The notes beneath the pieces are model-generated. The model was not told the origin of the DNA and searched no databases. It worked only from the letters and a program-made list of their open reading frames with translations. A stretch of 62,739 nucleotides of DNA, counting the filler, from Asterionella formosa (Eukaryota), in assembly GCA_002256025.1 (NCBI GenBank). It is 5 parts of 5 records of this genome, joined end to end, with 100 filler letters (N's around TTAATTAATTAA, not from the genome) between each part and the next. Parts side by side here need not be neighbours in the genome. Positions count along the whole stretch, not along the records: positions 12,587 to 25,059 come from NKIB01007487.1; 4 more parts are not named here. One strand, given 5' to 3'. Shown piece after piece: positions 12,587 through 25,059 of the stretch; position 1 is the first letter of the stretch; every line of letters begins with the position of its first letter. The translations under genes and the position numbers were made by a program.

Positions 12587-15500
12587 CATGATTTCAAATG
12601 TTTCAGCCATGAATACATATATATATAAAGATTTGTAAGAAGTTTAAATGTATACATAGTTGAACATTTGCATAGTTTTAAACACGCTCATTATACGGCA
12701 CATCCTGTGTATACTAATATCAATTTAGATTATACATAATTCAAATATAGTATACAATGCATGATGAGTTCATAGTTTTCAACGACCTGTTGAGTTTTTT
12801 CAATTTGTTTTGTGTCAATTCTTGTACCTACAAGTCCTACAAGTCAGTGGCTGACTAAATTAAGCCCCTTAATAAACGGGAGTCATCACCAATTTTTCAA
12901 ATGGTCGAAATCATACATTTATGTACATAGACATATTGACCGAAATTGACCAAAATTCCTCATATGGCCTACCGGTAGTACTGTATAATTGCTGGGAATT
13001 ATTTCCATCATGTAAATGTCACAATAGTGCAGTGGATAACTGATTATGCTCATGTGTGTAGGATCATTTGATCATATTTTTAACATCAATTAATCATGAT
13101 TCTTGAAAATAAATGTTGATCGTTCATTTTCTCATCAACGACACCATTCATCATATGATCAATATGTTATGATCAAAGTTATAGGATAAACGAATCAAGA
13201 ATCATCAATTAAAGATCATAGTTTATACCGAAGTAGTCGTTGCTCATGCATGCAACCCCTTCCTCCCCTGTATACAGTCTGGAAGTGATAACTCCCAAGC
13301 TACCAAATTTTTTTGCCTTGTAAAAGTTATTGCAGCATGCATGCATGCATACATGACTCCTACTGGCTGGTATAAAAAATGCGGGAGTGATGTCCACCAG
13401 ACTACCAATCCTATAGGTCCTGTAGAATTATCGCAACATCGCTGCATATCTAATGAAAGGGCGAGAGGAGTCATCCATGCACCTGTATAGCATGAAGTAT
13501 GGAAATGATCAAATATAGTTAGTCTACACAAGGAGCAGTGCATCATATATGCCCTGCTTTTGTTATTGTAATTCCTATGAAATCTCTAGATCTGTTCTGT
13601 GCTTTTTCTCCACCACAATTGTTTTCAGTGGCTGTTTCACTGAACAGCAGCATTCAACTCTATTGTGCTTTGAACAAAGCAATGATCAAAGTCCACCCCA
13701 TTGCAGAATGGTGAGTCTCACAACTAAGTATCAGCCAGTCGATTAAAATTGGACTGTCTTTTGTGCAACCTTGTTTTGTTTTTACTTGACTTGGCAGCTG
13801 TCAGCCAAGAGCAGCCATGGCATGCCACCATTTATAATTGTCTATACAAGTTTCGAATGCGTTCAGCTATGATAACTTTTGCTCCCCCCTCCTAAACACT
13901 ATCTCACAACGCACACTTGTCATAGATTTTTCTTTATCCTTTGGCTTCACAGGCCCAGGTTAGAACTTAATGCCTTCATCTGCTAGGAGTTCATCCAATT
14001 AGGCCCACGTTGGCGTCAAGAAAACCTCAACCCCGATTTTCCTCACATGCTCCACTCATTGACTTCTTCATTGATGAAGAAGGAATCGAGGTAGCTTTAA
14101 TGACGACATCAGGTGGCGCAGGCTTGTGTATAGATTGATGATGCTGAAAGCAATGCTTCCTTTTCCCGTAGGTACCTATTTTTCAACATTGTTTGGGTCA
14201 ATCTATTCTTGTTCCCGCAAGACCAGAAGCAATTATCCCTTTACTTTGCTCTTCTCTCAAGAATCTTCATTTCTCTTTCACAATTGTCCTGATGTTTGCA
14301 GAGCATTTTTAGTTCCCTTGTTTTGATTTTTCCACTGGTTTCGATCCCTTTTGCATTCAAGTCAAGAAACAAGCAACTCATTGAGATTTCTGGAGGTTTT
14401 GGTCAGTGGCACCATACGCACAGCAAGCAACAATCAACAGATCATGGCGGCTGTTCTCCATTTTCTGTAGCAAGTGACATTCAAGGAGGGTCTGGGATCC
14501 TTGGGAAGAAAAATTAGTAGGATTCTCTGTGTTTGCCCCGCCCATTTGGCGGCCATTCTACCATTGCTTCCTCGCACCAATCAAAACTAGATAGTATAGC
14601 TAATGAAAGCCGTAATAGATGAAAAGCGACTTCCGGTTTCTAATATTTTACATTGTTGCAATACTGAAACTTGAATCCATAAATGGGCATTCAACTTGTG
14701 CTTGATTCTTGCATTTTTGCAGTACAAACTGGCTGGTGTTCGATAGGCCAAAGTGTCTCGCTTTTCATGAACATCTACAAAGAACAAGTGCTTTTGTCGA
14801 AATCCAACTGCTGCCATCCATTGAAACATTCCAGATACATCAAAGAATACGCTCCTGTCTTTCAAGGTAAGGAACTAGAACGATGACAAAGGAAATCTGA
14901 TGAGACATGAAAATTACGAAACCAGAATCACTCTGTTTCTATAATTAGACAGTCTCATGCTTCTTTGTGCATATCGCCTGTTATGCTGCGTTTCAATTCT
15001 ATATGTATTACGTTCTTGTTAAAGAGACGATGTTACGGAGAAGTAGATTGTGCTGCTCTATAATGGATGTTGTTTAGCTATGATTGAGGTGGTAACACTG
15101 ATTGATGCTCTGGTGACAGACCGGCCGGAAATATTCGTCTTGTGTGATGAGCCATTTCGTTTTCATTGGATTTCTTTTCAAGCTCTTTACGGATTGCATA
15201 GTATGAACATACTGTACAATGTAGATGATGATTCATCGAAGACATGTGATGACTTGAATGACAAATGAAGATTTTATCACAAACACTTGTTGCTCTCGAC
15301 ATGGCTGCTTTGTCCTCGTGGTTGCAAGAATCAGAGTAAGGACTGGCAAGGATGATGAGCCAAACCACATTACTTTAACTGGTACATTATCTTACCAAGA
15401 AATTTAAATAAAGGAACCTAAAAGAAACAATACATATAATAATTAGATTTCCATAGTCAAAAGAATAACTATTTAAATTACAAGGGCATTTATCAAAATT

Positions 15501-15597
15501 ATTAGATGATATAACGAAAAATTATGATCAGATGATCAAAATCCTATAACATAATCCTATGATGCATCATGGAAATATGATGGGTTTTTTGCAGACA
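12587..15597. mobile_element. Partial element of the GCAGACA-terminus family (right end only)
   Basis: TTTTTTGCAGACA ends at 15597 after an ATCAT/GATCA-rich subterminal zone like those at 5880-5972 and 46920-47286; left end not visible. Confidence 0.45.
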
Positions 15598-15643
15598 ATA
15601 GGGGAATCAGTAATGGCAGACCATCATTACCAAATGGTGTAGT

Positions 15644-16292
15644 TATAATCGTCGATCTGGGTTTGAATATTGCTTATGACGGAGGGCTTTAATACCTCTT
15701 GAGCCGGCAATTCCAAGTATATCATATATTGACCTGAAGGGCTGTGATAAAGACTACTATGTAATGGACGAACCGGCTTTGTTCCTTTTGTAAATATCCT
15801 ATGTACGAGAAACTCCACTGGCACCCTGAAGTGGGGTTATCTAATTTTGATCTACCAGGTGGTACGGTTGCGAGCAGTGATTGGTCGATGGCTCAGCTAA
15901 TAAAATCAGCCAGGAAAAGAGGGCTTTATATACATAGTAGTATAAGACCAAACACAGGTTCGAGATCAAATTTTTGGTTATTTATTCCTAGTACCACGTC
16001 GGCCCCAAAGGGCTTTAGTTGAGGGCAGTATAAAAAGTATGGATTATCTGACAATCACATGTAAGAAATTTCTCGAGCGTGTGGTTAAATCTCGATACAT
16101 CTCCTGAGAGAACCATGTTTTGACGCTAGCCATGGTACTAAAGGTAAGCATTCATGTATTTGTCTTTAATTGATTTTATAAAGCCTCGGATGGTGGAGCA
16201 CCTCGTAACACGGTTTCCCAAATACAGTATACCAATGACCTCCTTAATTATTCATTGAAGTTTAGGTACCATGGTATTCATAAAAAAGTGAT
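15644..16292. repeat. Unclassified ~650-bp interspersed repeat, copy 1
   Basis: Near-identical to 23751-24401. Confidence 0.92.
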
Positions 16293-16585
16293 GAAAAGGG
16301 TCGTATTGTGGTGGGGTGATTGTGAATCGGATTGGTGATAAATACGGGAACGAGATTGCTCGGGTTCTCCGGGGAATTGGTGACTTACCGCTTACCGCAC
16401 CAACTGATGAATCAGATATCCATAGTACTTGATGGGTACTGGTACAACGTGGTTGTACCATCTACGTAGATACATACTAACCTAGTAAAAAGTACTGCTG
16501 GAATGGCCTCAAGTCACAACTTGTTGGACCTACCATTACAGCAGGGCACTAACAGGCCAATTCGTCTTTAGATAGCATCTTATCA

Positions 16586-16597
16586 GATTATGAGACC
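16586..16597 (+). promoter_or_regulatory. Primer binding site complementary to the elongator tRNA-Met anticodon arm
   Basis: (TCA)GATTATGAGAC directly after the LTR end is the complement of GTCTCATAATC(TGA). Confidence 0.7.
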
Positions 16598-16641
16598 GAG
16601 TCTACTAGTTCATGAACCGACGAAGAGTGACTAGTAGAACC

Positions 16642-19600
16642 ATGGATCCGAAAGTGGTGGAATTGTCTGGAATGACTCAACATGAGTTGGAAACACTCGC
16701 AAACGCCGGTCTGACAAATACAGACAACCTTTCCGTCCTCGAAGAAGCGGACATCGTCCTGTTACTTCCCAACTCTTCTATCCTGCTTAGGCGCATGTTG
16801 GCAAGACTTGGGACATTTCTCGCAAGAGGACATGTCGTAAACGTCCAAACAACTATGCAGAATGTCATGGTGACACTAATTGTGCCCATGGCCACTACGG
16901 CACAAGCAGTTGTACCAGCAGTACCAGCCATGCCTGTCGACCCTACGCCTGGGACCCCGAAAAAATATGTTGATGCGCTCAAGGATTTTTCCGGGGATCT
17001 AATTGACTGGGAGGAATGGTACATTGGAACAGGTGCAACACTTGGGCAGATGGCATATGCAACACTTTTGACAGATACAGGCAAGCCAGTACCAGCTGAT
17101 ACAGTAGGTATGGCACGTGACCGTGAATTATACAACATGCTGAAGAAAGCACTGTATAAGGGGACTGCACATCATATAATTGATGCAAATGGGCTCCAGA
17201 GTGGACATGATGCCTGGACTGGATTAAAGATGTGGTATGGAAAAGCAGAAGTATCAAGGACCCTTATTGATCACTACAGGAATCAACTCAATGAGTTACG
17301 ACTGTCCTATAAGGTGAAAGCTAATGAGAACATAAACACGTTCATCCTCTGCAGTCGAAAGTTGGAAGATAAACATGAAGGCTACACTGAAGCAACAAAG
17401 CCGACTAAATTCCTTGATCAAATTGAGGATGAAGACTATGACGTTTGCGTTCAGAACCTTCGTGGTGACACCAACAAGACTTTTGATGAGTGTGTTCAAC
17501 GTATTCAGAGAAGAGAACAGGAATTGGAAAGATTCTCACGAGAGAGTTCCACCAAGGCAAGGCGCGCAACAACTTCTACAAGTATAGGCGGAGCCAACCC
17601 TAAATCATCTAAAGACAACCAAATTCCTTTCCTCCCCACACACTTACTCAATACAATTAAATCCAATTCTATCAAGAAAGATCTATTTAAGTGGAGAAGT
17701 GTCTGGAATAATGAAGGAAGGGCTATTCGTGTCGATGAGTTGACTGGCACCAATGGAGATGCCAAGAAAGATGACAACTCAGTCGAATCTGACAAGGGGT
17801 GCCACTCCAAGAACAAGCCAAAGACAAGAAAGCGCAAGAAGAAGGCTAGAAGGACTAAGACCTCAGCTTCTGGATTATGCGATACGGCTACACCTCATGT
17901 GAAAATCAAGGACTCTGATGACAAAGACAGTGAGGATTATGGAGATGATAGTGACCAGGAAATAAATCCTACAACAAGTACCCAAAAGAAGAAATCTAAG
18001 AAGGAGACTCCCAGGAAAAAGAAAAAGGGACGTCGCAACCCAGTACTCCGATGTGGACGCATTCCGGGGGAAGCAGCAAGGGTTGTGCTTGATGGAGGAA
18101 CTGAATTTGAGGTCATTGGCGGAGTCGGATGGAGAGTTCTGGAAAAAGTGAGCAAGAGCGCAAAACTGCATGGTTGGGGGGCCAATATGGATGGACCTAC
18201 TCTTTCAATTGTCAATGCAGTCACTGCTTATGAACATCCTGAAACAAAAGAAACCAATTTACTTGGGTTGGGGGGAGCAGCCTTTGATGAAAGACCAGAA
18301 CAAACAGAAGCGCTGATCAACACTCATGTGATGAGGCGTAATAATGTTATTGTTCATGACATTTCTGAACGGGATGCGGTTAGTAATGCATTGAGGTTGA
18401 CAACATTCAGATTAAACTATTGTTCACTGATGATGAAAAACTTCTTACATTCAATGTTCGCCTACCTACAATTGAAGAAGCAAACTCCCACACAATGACA
18501 CGACAAATTCCCAGCAACTCATCTGAGTTGTTGAAGCAGTCATCTAGGAGAGGACGCGGAAGCATTGTTGAAGAGGAGCCAACTCTATGGGAGAAACATC
18601 TTGGAAATTTAACTGAGATAGTAACCAAGAAGACACTCGAAGCAACAACACAGCTCTGCACCCAAACAGTTGAAATGGAGAATAGAGAAGCACCCAGACA
18701 GCATCGAAAGAAGCGTCTAATTCCTCTTCATCCTAATCGACTCGATGGCAGGACAGATTCGGATATGTTTTTCTCATCTATCAAGTCTATCCGGAACTAC
18801 TCATGTGTGCAACTCTTCATTCATATTCCATCGCAATTTCTGTTTGCACGTTGTATGTTTAGAGAGGCACATTCACATGGAGCATACCAGGATTTTGTAC
18901 GTGAGGTTGGAGCTCCCAACATTTTGTTGACTGATAACTCTCAAACTCAGTCTGGCACATTGTGGACCAAAACAAGCCGGGAAAACATCACAAAATAAAT
19001 CCATTCTGTCCCACACAACCAAAACCAGAACCAGGCAGAGCTCAAGATCCGGGACATTAAATCTCGAACTATTTTATCTCTACGCTTGGCAAAAGCTCCA
19101 CTGACGTTCTGGTGCTATTGCATGATGTCGGTTATTGATTGGCTAAATCATTCAGCACATGAGGGACTGGATTGGAGGACTCCCATTGAGAAACTTTACG
19201 GAAGAACTCCAGACATTTCTGTGTTTCGATTTTCCTTCTGGCAAGCAATCTATTACTGTGAGCCAACAGCCAAGTACCCGAACCCAAACTTTCTTCTAGG
19301 AAGGTTTGTTGGTATCGCATGGAACCTTGGAGATGCATTCACTTATCGCATTTGGACATGTCCTGGTAATTGGGAAAAAAAGGTGTTGAACTCATTCGTA
19401 ATTGGGAAAAAGGTGTTGAACTCATTCGTAATATTGTTCGACCACGTAAGGAAACTTCACCTGAGCCTTACAGTGATGAGGGATCTTATGGTGACCTTAC
19501 ACTCAAGTCCAGAATAACAAAAATGAAGGATCGTAAACACAAACAAAGGAACGCTCCCACCAGTCCTATTCCTGCACCTCTAGATGAACCAGAGGATCAC

Positions 19601-21723
19601 GATCCTATTCGTCTAGTTCATTTTGCTCCTACTCCTCAGATCATTGAAACATCAAAAGGTCTAGAGGAGCAGGGGGGGGGGAAAGAGGAGCAATGCACTA
19701 CAACAGAAGTAGACAACAACAAATCAAAAGTCCACCATCCAACACCAATGATGTTCAGTTCGACTTTGATCCACTTGACGCAACACATGATATTGAAATG
19801 TGTGATGGGATCAAAAATGAGCTAGCTGAAGAGCATACAGAGGCAACAAAGATGAGTGGTTCCAGGGTAACTGATATTCAAGCACATCGCTGGAAGGCCA
19901 GGCAACTTGGGTTGAAGGTGCACTGGGATACTGAAAATGTCTTCTGGGAATCATTTCTGGACTTGAAGCTTGACCATCCAAACATGACAGCACAATACAT
20001 TGTAGACAATAATGTCAGTTGTTCCTAACGCCTGGATAGAGTCATGCAATGGGCAAAGAAAACAGTTCGAGACATCAAACGAGCTGTCCGAAGAATTGCA
20101 AGGTTATTAGAGCATCATTTTGATGGATGTGATCAGGTGTACACAGTGAGGCGTGCCAACATAAGAAAGAAGAAGCATCCTAAGATTAGGAAGCAAATTC
20201 TCAAGTATTGCGTTGAGGTCCCACGAAATGTCACCCATGCAATGGAATTGGACAAGCAAAGTGTAAACACATTCTGGCAAGTGGCAATCAAACGTGAAAT
20301 CTCCTCACTTGTCGAAATGGAATGTTTTGATTTTAAGAAGCCAGATTTTAACCCTGGAGTCGGATATCAATGGACAACACTGACAGTGATCTTTGAAGTC
20401 AAACAAGATCTACGGCGCAAGGCAAGACTTGTTGCTGGCGGACATCTAGTTGACGCTCTTGACAACAATATTTACTCTTCAACTGTGAAAGGCATAAGTG
20501 TTAGAATGCTACATGTGATTGCACACAAACAGAACTTGAAGCTGCTTTGTGGAGATGTTGGAAATGCTTACGTCAATGCATACAATAATGAGCTAGTATA
20601 CTGCCGTGCTGGACCAGAATTTGGAGAGGAGTTGAGGGGATCAATCATTCTCATCCGAAAAGCACTATATGGTTTGAGATCAAGCTCAGAGCGTTGGTGG
20701 GCGCATTTTGCGGACATGATCCGGGGAATGGAGTTCCAGCCAACTAGGTACGACAAAGATGTGTGGTACAAGATGAGCAATTATACTTCACACTATGAAT
20801 ATATCTGTACCCACTCAGATGACTTCATGATAGTGTCGAAAACTCCTGAAGTAATTATGGAAGGACTCAAGCAGGTCTATACAATCAAGTCTGAAGGTCC
20901 TCCAGAATATTACCTTGGGAACGACTTCAAGAAGGACAAGAAGGGCAGGTGGTGTTTTGGATGCAAGAAATACATACAAGAGTCGATTGCAAGAAGTGAG
21001 GTGATGTTTGGTGTGCAACCCAAAAGTACAATTCCAATTAGTGCAAATGATCATCCAGAACTCGATGACACCACACTACTTAGTGATGACAAACATCGAA
21101 AGTTTCAGATGTGAATTGGCATGTTGAATTGGGTAGTAACAATTGGGAGATTTGATGTTGCACACACCACAAGGTCATTGTCAAGATTCTCTGCATGTCC
21201 AAGAAAAGGACACCTTGAGCGGGTATTGAAAGTGTTTGGCTACTTAAAGAGGAGGCCAAATAGGCGAATTGTTGTGGATTCTACTAGGTCGCCTGACTTC
21301 TCAGGATTTGAGGAAGATTTTTCTAAAGACTATGCAAGTATTCTTGGTGAAGACTACCCTGAAGCATCTGAGGAGGTTGACTGCAACCTACCAAAGCCAT
21401 TGGTCGATGAGTTGGACATAACTGTGTTTGTTGACTCAGATCATGCCCATGACAAGATCATACACAGGTCAGTGACCGGTTTGATTATATTTGTTGAAAG
21501 AAAACCAGTAGTCTTTATGAGTAGGTGACAAGGAGCAGTGGAGACATCAACATACAGAGCTGAGTTTTGTGCTATGCGCATTGCAGTTGAAGAAACCATA
21601 GCTATTCATTATATGCTACGCTCAATGGGAGTGCGGGTGGCTCATGCCTCATACCTGTTCGGTGACAACCTTGGAGTAGTTCAGAATGTTACTATCAAGG
21701 ATAGTTTGTTGAAGAAGAAACAT
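16642..21723 (+). pseudogene. Gag-Pol of element C
   Basis: Protease VLDGGTE; integrase TDSDMFFS / LLTDNS / PHNQNQNQAE; RT RRKARLVAGGH, DVGNAYVNA, KALYGL, THSDDF; RNase H VDSDHAHD..ETSTY.AEF; frameshift near 18380; stops at 18996, 20026, 21112, 21526. Confidence 0.9.
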
Positions 21724-21861
21724 CGTGGTTGTACCATCTACGTAGATACATACTAACCTAGTAAAAAGTACTGCTGGAACGGCCTCAAGTCACAACTTGT
21801 TGGACCTACCATTACAGCAGGGCACTAACAGGCCAATTCGTCTTTAGATAGCATCTTATCA
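21724..21861 (+). repeat. Truncated 3' LTR of element C
   Basis: Matches 16448-16585; joined directly to RNase H codons LLKKKH. Confidence 0.9.
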
Positions 21862-23750
21862 TTGTTGTTGCGCATGCCGTGTTGCTGGTAGCGACGTTGA
21901 TGGTCATCCAATTGATCTTCTTGGTTTCGTTTCGGCTAAAAGAACAATGCGGCAACACGGGGATGAAGTGGCGATATCATTGGATTGCCGAATGCAATTT
22001 GGCGTTGTTGTTGGGTGAAATCGGGTCATTGACAATGTCGTCGTCGTGAGTGGCCATGAGACATGATAGGATTTGGTCCTGAAGGAACTTAGGTTCCTTC
22101 TCCCAAGACCTAGATGAAGAGGGATTGTTCGAGGAGCGCGCTTCCATGAGCCGGTCTGTGTTCCTTGCGAGGTTGGATGCCATACTCACAAGTGCTGCAG
22201 CCACCTGCACCATACTGTCATCACGTGCTTGAGTCGAGTCAATTTTAGTGGTAATAGCTGTTCTGTCTGTCATTGGTGTGAGTGTGTGAGGGGACATGTG
22301 TGTGCAGTGCAGAGTTGCACTCCATTCCATAATCTCGTTAGTTGTTGCATATGAGATTGGTAAGGATAGCTTGTTTGGAATCAATGCTGCCATATACAAG
22401 AAATGGATGAAGTATTCCGAGTAGGCATACACTTGTGTGCGAATCGCATTTCTATCTTCGATCAAGCTGTTTTCGTCTATGTTTGCCTGTTCCTCAGCAA
22501 ATGTTTTTGTGACAAGGCGATTAAGGGAAAAAATGTTCGGCAGGGTTGGCGGAGAGGTCTGCTGTCATCGTGTTGAATAGAAAAGGCGGGATTTGAACCA
22601 AATGGGCGATATCCATGATGGTTGTGGCCGGGGCGCCAGTCAAGTGCAAGGTGCGTAATTGCTCAGGGTGGTTACATGATTGTGCAATGCGTTGTGATTT
22701 GGGATGGTGGTGGTGACAGTGGCTTGGACCTGTTTGGAATTGACGGCAATGGGCCGGGCAGTCGAGCCAAGACCAAGGAGGGCAATGTATGCTGTATCCG
22801 ATCGTGCCCAGGTGCTCTCGGTGAGATCGCTGAGCTGGTGACAGACGTGGAATTTGTGGTCGAGTGTGCCAATCATTGCATGGATACTGAAAGGAGTGTT
22901 TGTGAGTACGGCTTGACAGATTTCTGGCATGGTTGCTCTATTGATCATGTTTGCAAAGTGGTGAAACTCGGTCGTAAGGTGGATTCTGGTTGCAAGAATA
23001 ACTTTATGATAAATCTTCCAGGTGTTTGCTAGATTCATATTGTTAGTTTTGGTTTGATTTAGGCTATAAATTGCAAAAGGCTTGGCGATGCTTTTAGACT
23101 GCTTCTTTGAATTGAGAATAACAAGCGCTTTGCCCCTCTGACTATTTCACTGAAGATAATCTTGCATGGTTGCTGTTGTCTTTCCTTGTCTTAGCTGCCA
23201 ACTCTTGGTTGTTCGATTCAACTCTAAAAGCTAGAAATTAAACTCTAAAAGCTAGAAATTAATAGTCACGTTGTCTCCATATTAATGCCTCAGCTTTGAC
23301 TCCTTCGATTCGATTGCGAGTTTATTTGTATTACTAGGGGCTTGCTTTTTTGCACTGCCCTAACGCGTCCGTTCTTGTCTGTAATACACATCATGTAGGT
23401 GCTAATAGCAAAGAATGGAACCGCTTGTACCGCTAGATAGACTATATGCCGGGTAATGCCATAAATTATGTTTACATAACTTCCGCCGTATTGTGTAATT
23501 AATGCCGGTGCTGGTAGTTTCCCTACCCAGAACGTCAGTCAGTTATGAAAAATCCAATATATTTCGTATAATTGTGGAAACGTCAAAACAGGCAAATGGC
23601 TGAAAATGAAAAAGACAATGACCAGGGCAATGAAGGGGCGGACCCAAGCTAACCAAGTCGTGCTTACTTAGCATTGCTTTGTTTAAGTCCTGCGGCACGT
23701 CACCTGGTACCAATTTGAGCAAATGACCGCAACTTGGAGAAGACGAGGGC

Positions 23751-24401
23751 TATAATCGTCGATCTGGGTTTGAATATTGCTTATGACGGAGGGCTTTAAT
23801 ACCTCTTGAGCCGGCAATTCCAAGTATATCATATATTGACCTGAAGGGCTGTGATAAAGACTACTATGTAATGGACGAACCGGCTTTGTTCCTTTTGTAA
23901 ATATCCTATGTACGAGAAACTCCACTGGCACCCTGAAGTGGGGTTATCTAATTTTGATCTACCAGGTGGTACGGTTGCGAGCAGTGATTGGTCGATGGCT
24001 CAGCTAATAAAATCAGCCAGGAAAAGAGGGCTTTATATACATAGTAGTATAAGACCAAACACAGGTTCGAGATCAAATTTTTGGTTATTTATTCCTAGTA
24101 CCACGTCGGCCCCAAAGGGCTTTAGTTGAGGGCAGTATAAAAAGTATGAATTATCTGACAATCACATGTAAGAAATTTCTCCTGCGTGTGGTTTAATCTC
24201 GATACATCTCCTGAGAGAACCATGTTTTGACGCTAGCCATGGTACTAAAGGTAAGCATTCATGTATTTGTCTTTAATTGATTTTATAAAGCCTCGGATGG
24301 TGGAGCACCTCCTAACACGGTTTCCCAAATACAGTATACCAATGACCTCCTTAATTATTCGTTGAAGTTTAGGTACCATGGTATTCCAAAAAAAAGTGAT
24401 G
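23751..24401. repeat. Unclassified ~650-bp interspersed repeat, copy 2
   Basis: Near-identical to 15644-16292. Confidence 0.92.
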
Positions 24402-24609
24402 GGCTCGATCTTGGATTTCCAACCATTCTCTTCGCAGGTTTCAACAAACCCTGGTACCAGGTACTGTACCGGTACAAGGGTCAACAATGAAAAGATCTGG
24501 CGAGTTTCGCTTTCATGTACAAGATCGTCGTCTCTTGTTCCGATCACACAACAAAGAGTGAACAAAATTTCGAAAGGTCGACAATTTTGTGATCCGCCTC
24601 AACGACAAG

Positions 24610-25059
24610 ATGAAGATTTCTATCGTCATCGGGATCTGCCTCTTTACTAGCGGTGCTCTCGCTAATGATCCGATGTGCCCTGTCAACCGCATCAAGAAGA
24701 CCCAGACAATCACCTGTGCGGTACCAGGTCTCGAATGCCACTACCAGGTGACCAGAAACGGCGTATCTGCTATCAAGACATGCGTCTGCAACCCTTCAAT
24801 TGGAATCTTTGAATGCAATGCTCCATTTAAAGTAGCAGCGGCTGCGGTCCCGGTCCCAGCTGTGCCTCCTCCAACTCCTTGGCCGGTTCCAACTCCTTGG
24901 CCAACAGCTGTTCCAACGCCTGCACCAACTCCATGGCCGGTCCCAACTCCTTGGCCAACAGCTGCTCCAACGCCTGCTCCAACTCCTTGGCCGGTCCCAA
25001 CTCCTTGGCCAACCGCTGTTCCTACGCCTGCTCCCACTCCTTGGCCAACAGCTACTCCA
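24610..25059 (+). CDS. Secreted protein: signal peptide, 6-Cys module, PTPWP(T/V) repeats; 3' end cut by contig end
   Basis: MKISIVIGICLFTSGALA; CP..C..LECHY..CVC..FEC; 60-nt repeat unit with synonymous variation. Confidence 0.8.

Larger units (their letters stand above)
16289..21861 (+). mobile_element. Ty1/copia element C (CoDiI-like), decayed
   Basis: LTR segments 16448-16585 and 21724-21861 (138 bp, one mismatch) flank gag-PR-INT-RT-RH; start of the 5' LTR uncertain (16289 or 16317). Confidence 0.9.

Noticed and set aside
15627..16022. Identical short ORFs in both copies of the 650-bp repeat
   Set aside because: Identity follows from DNA duplication; no recognisable domain
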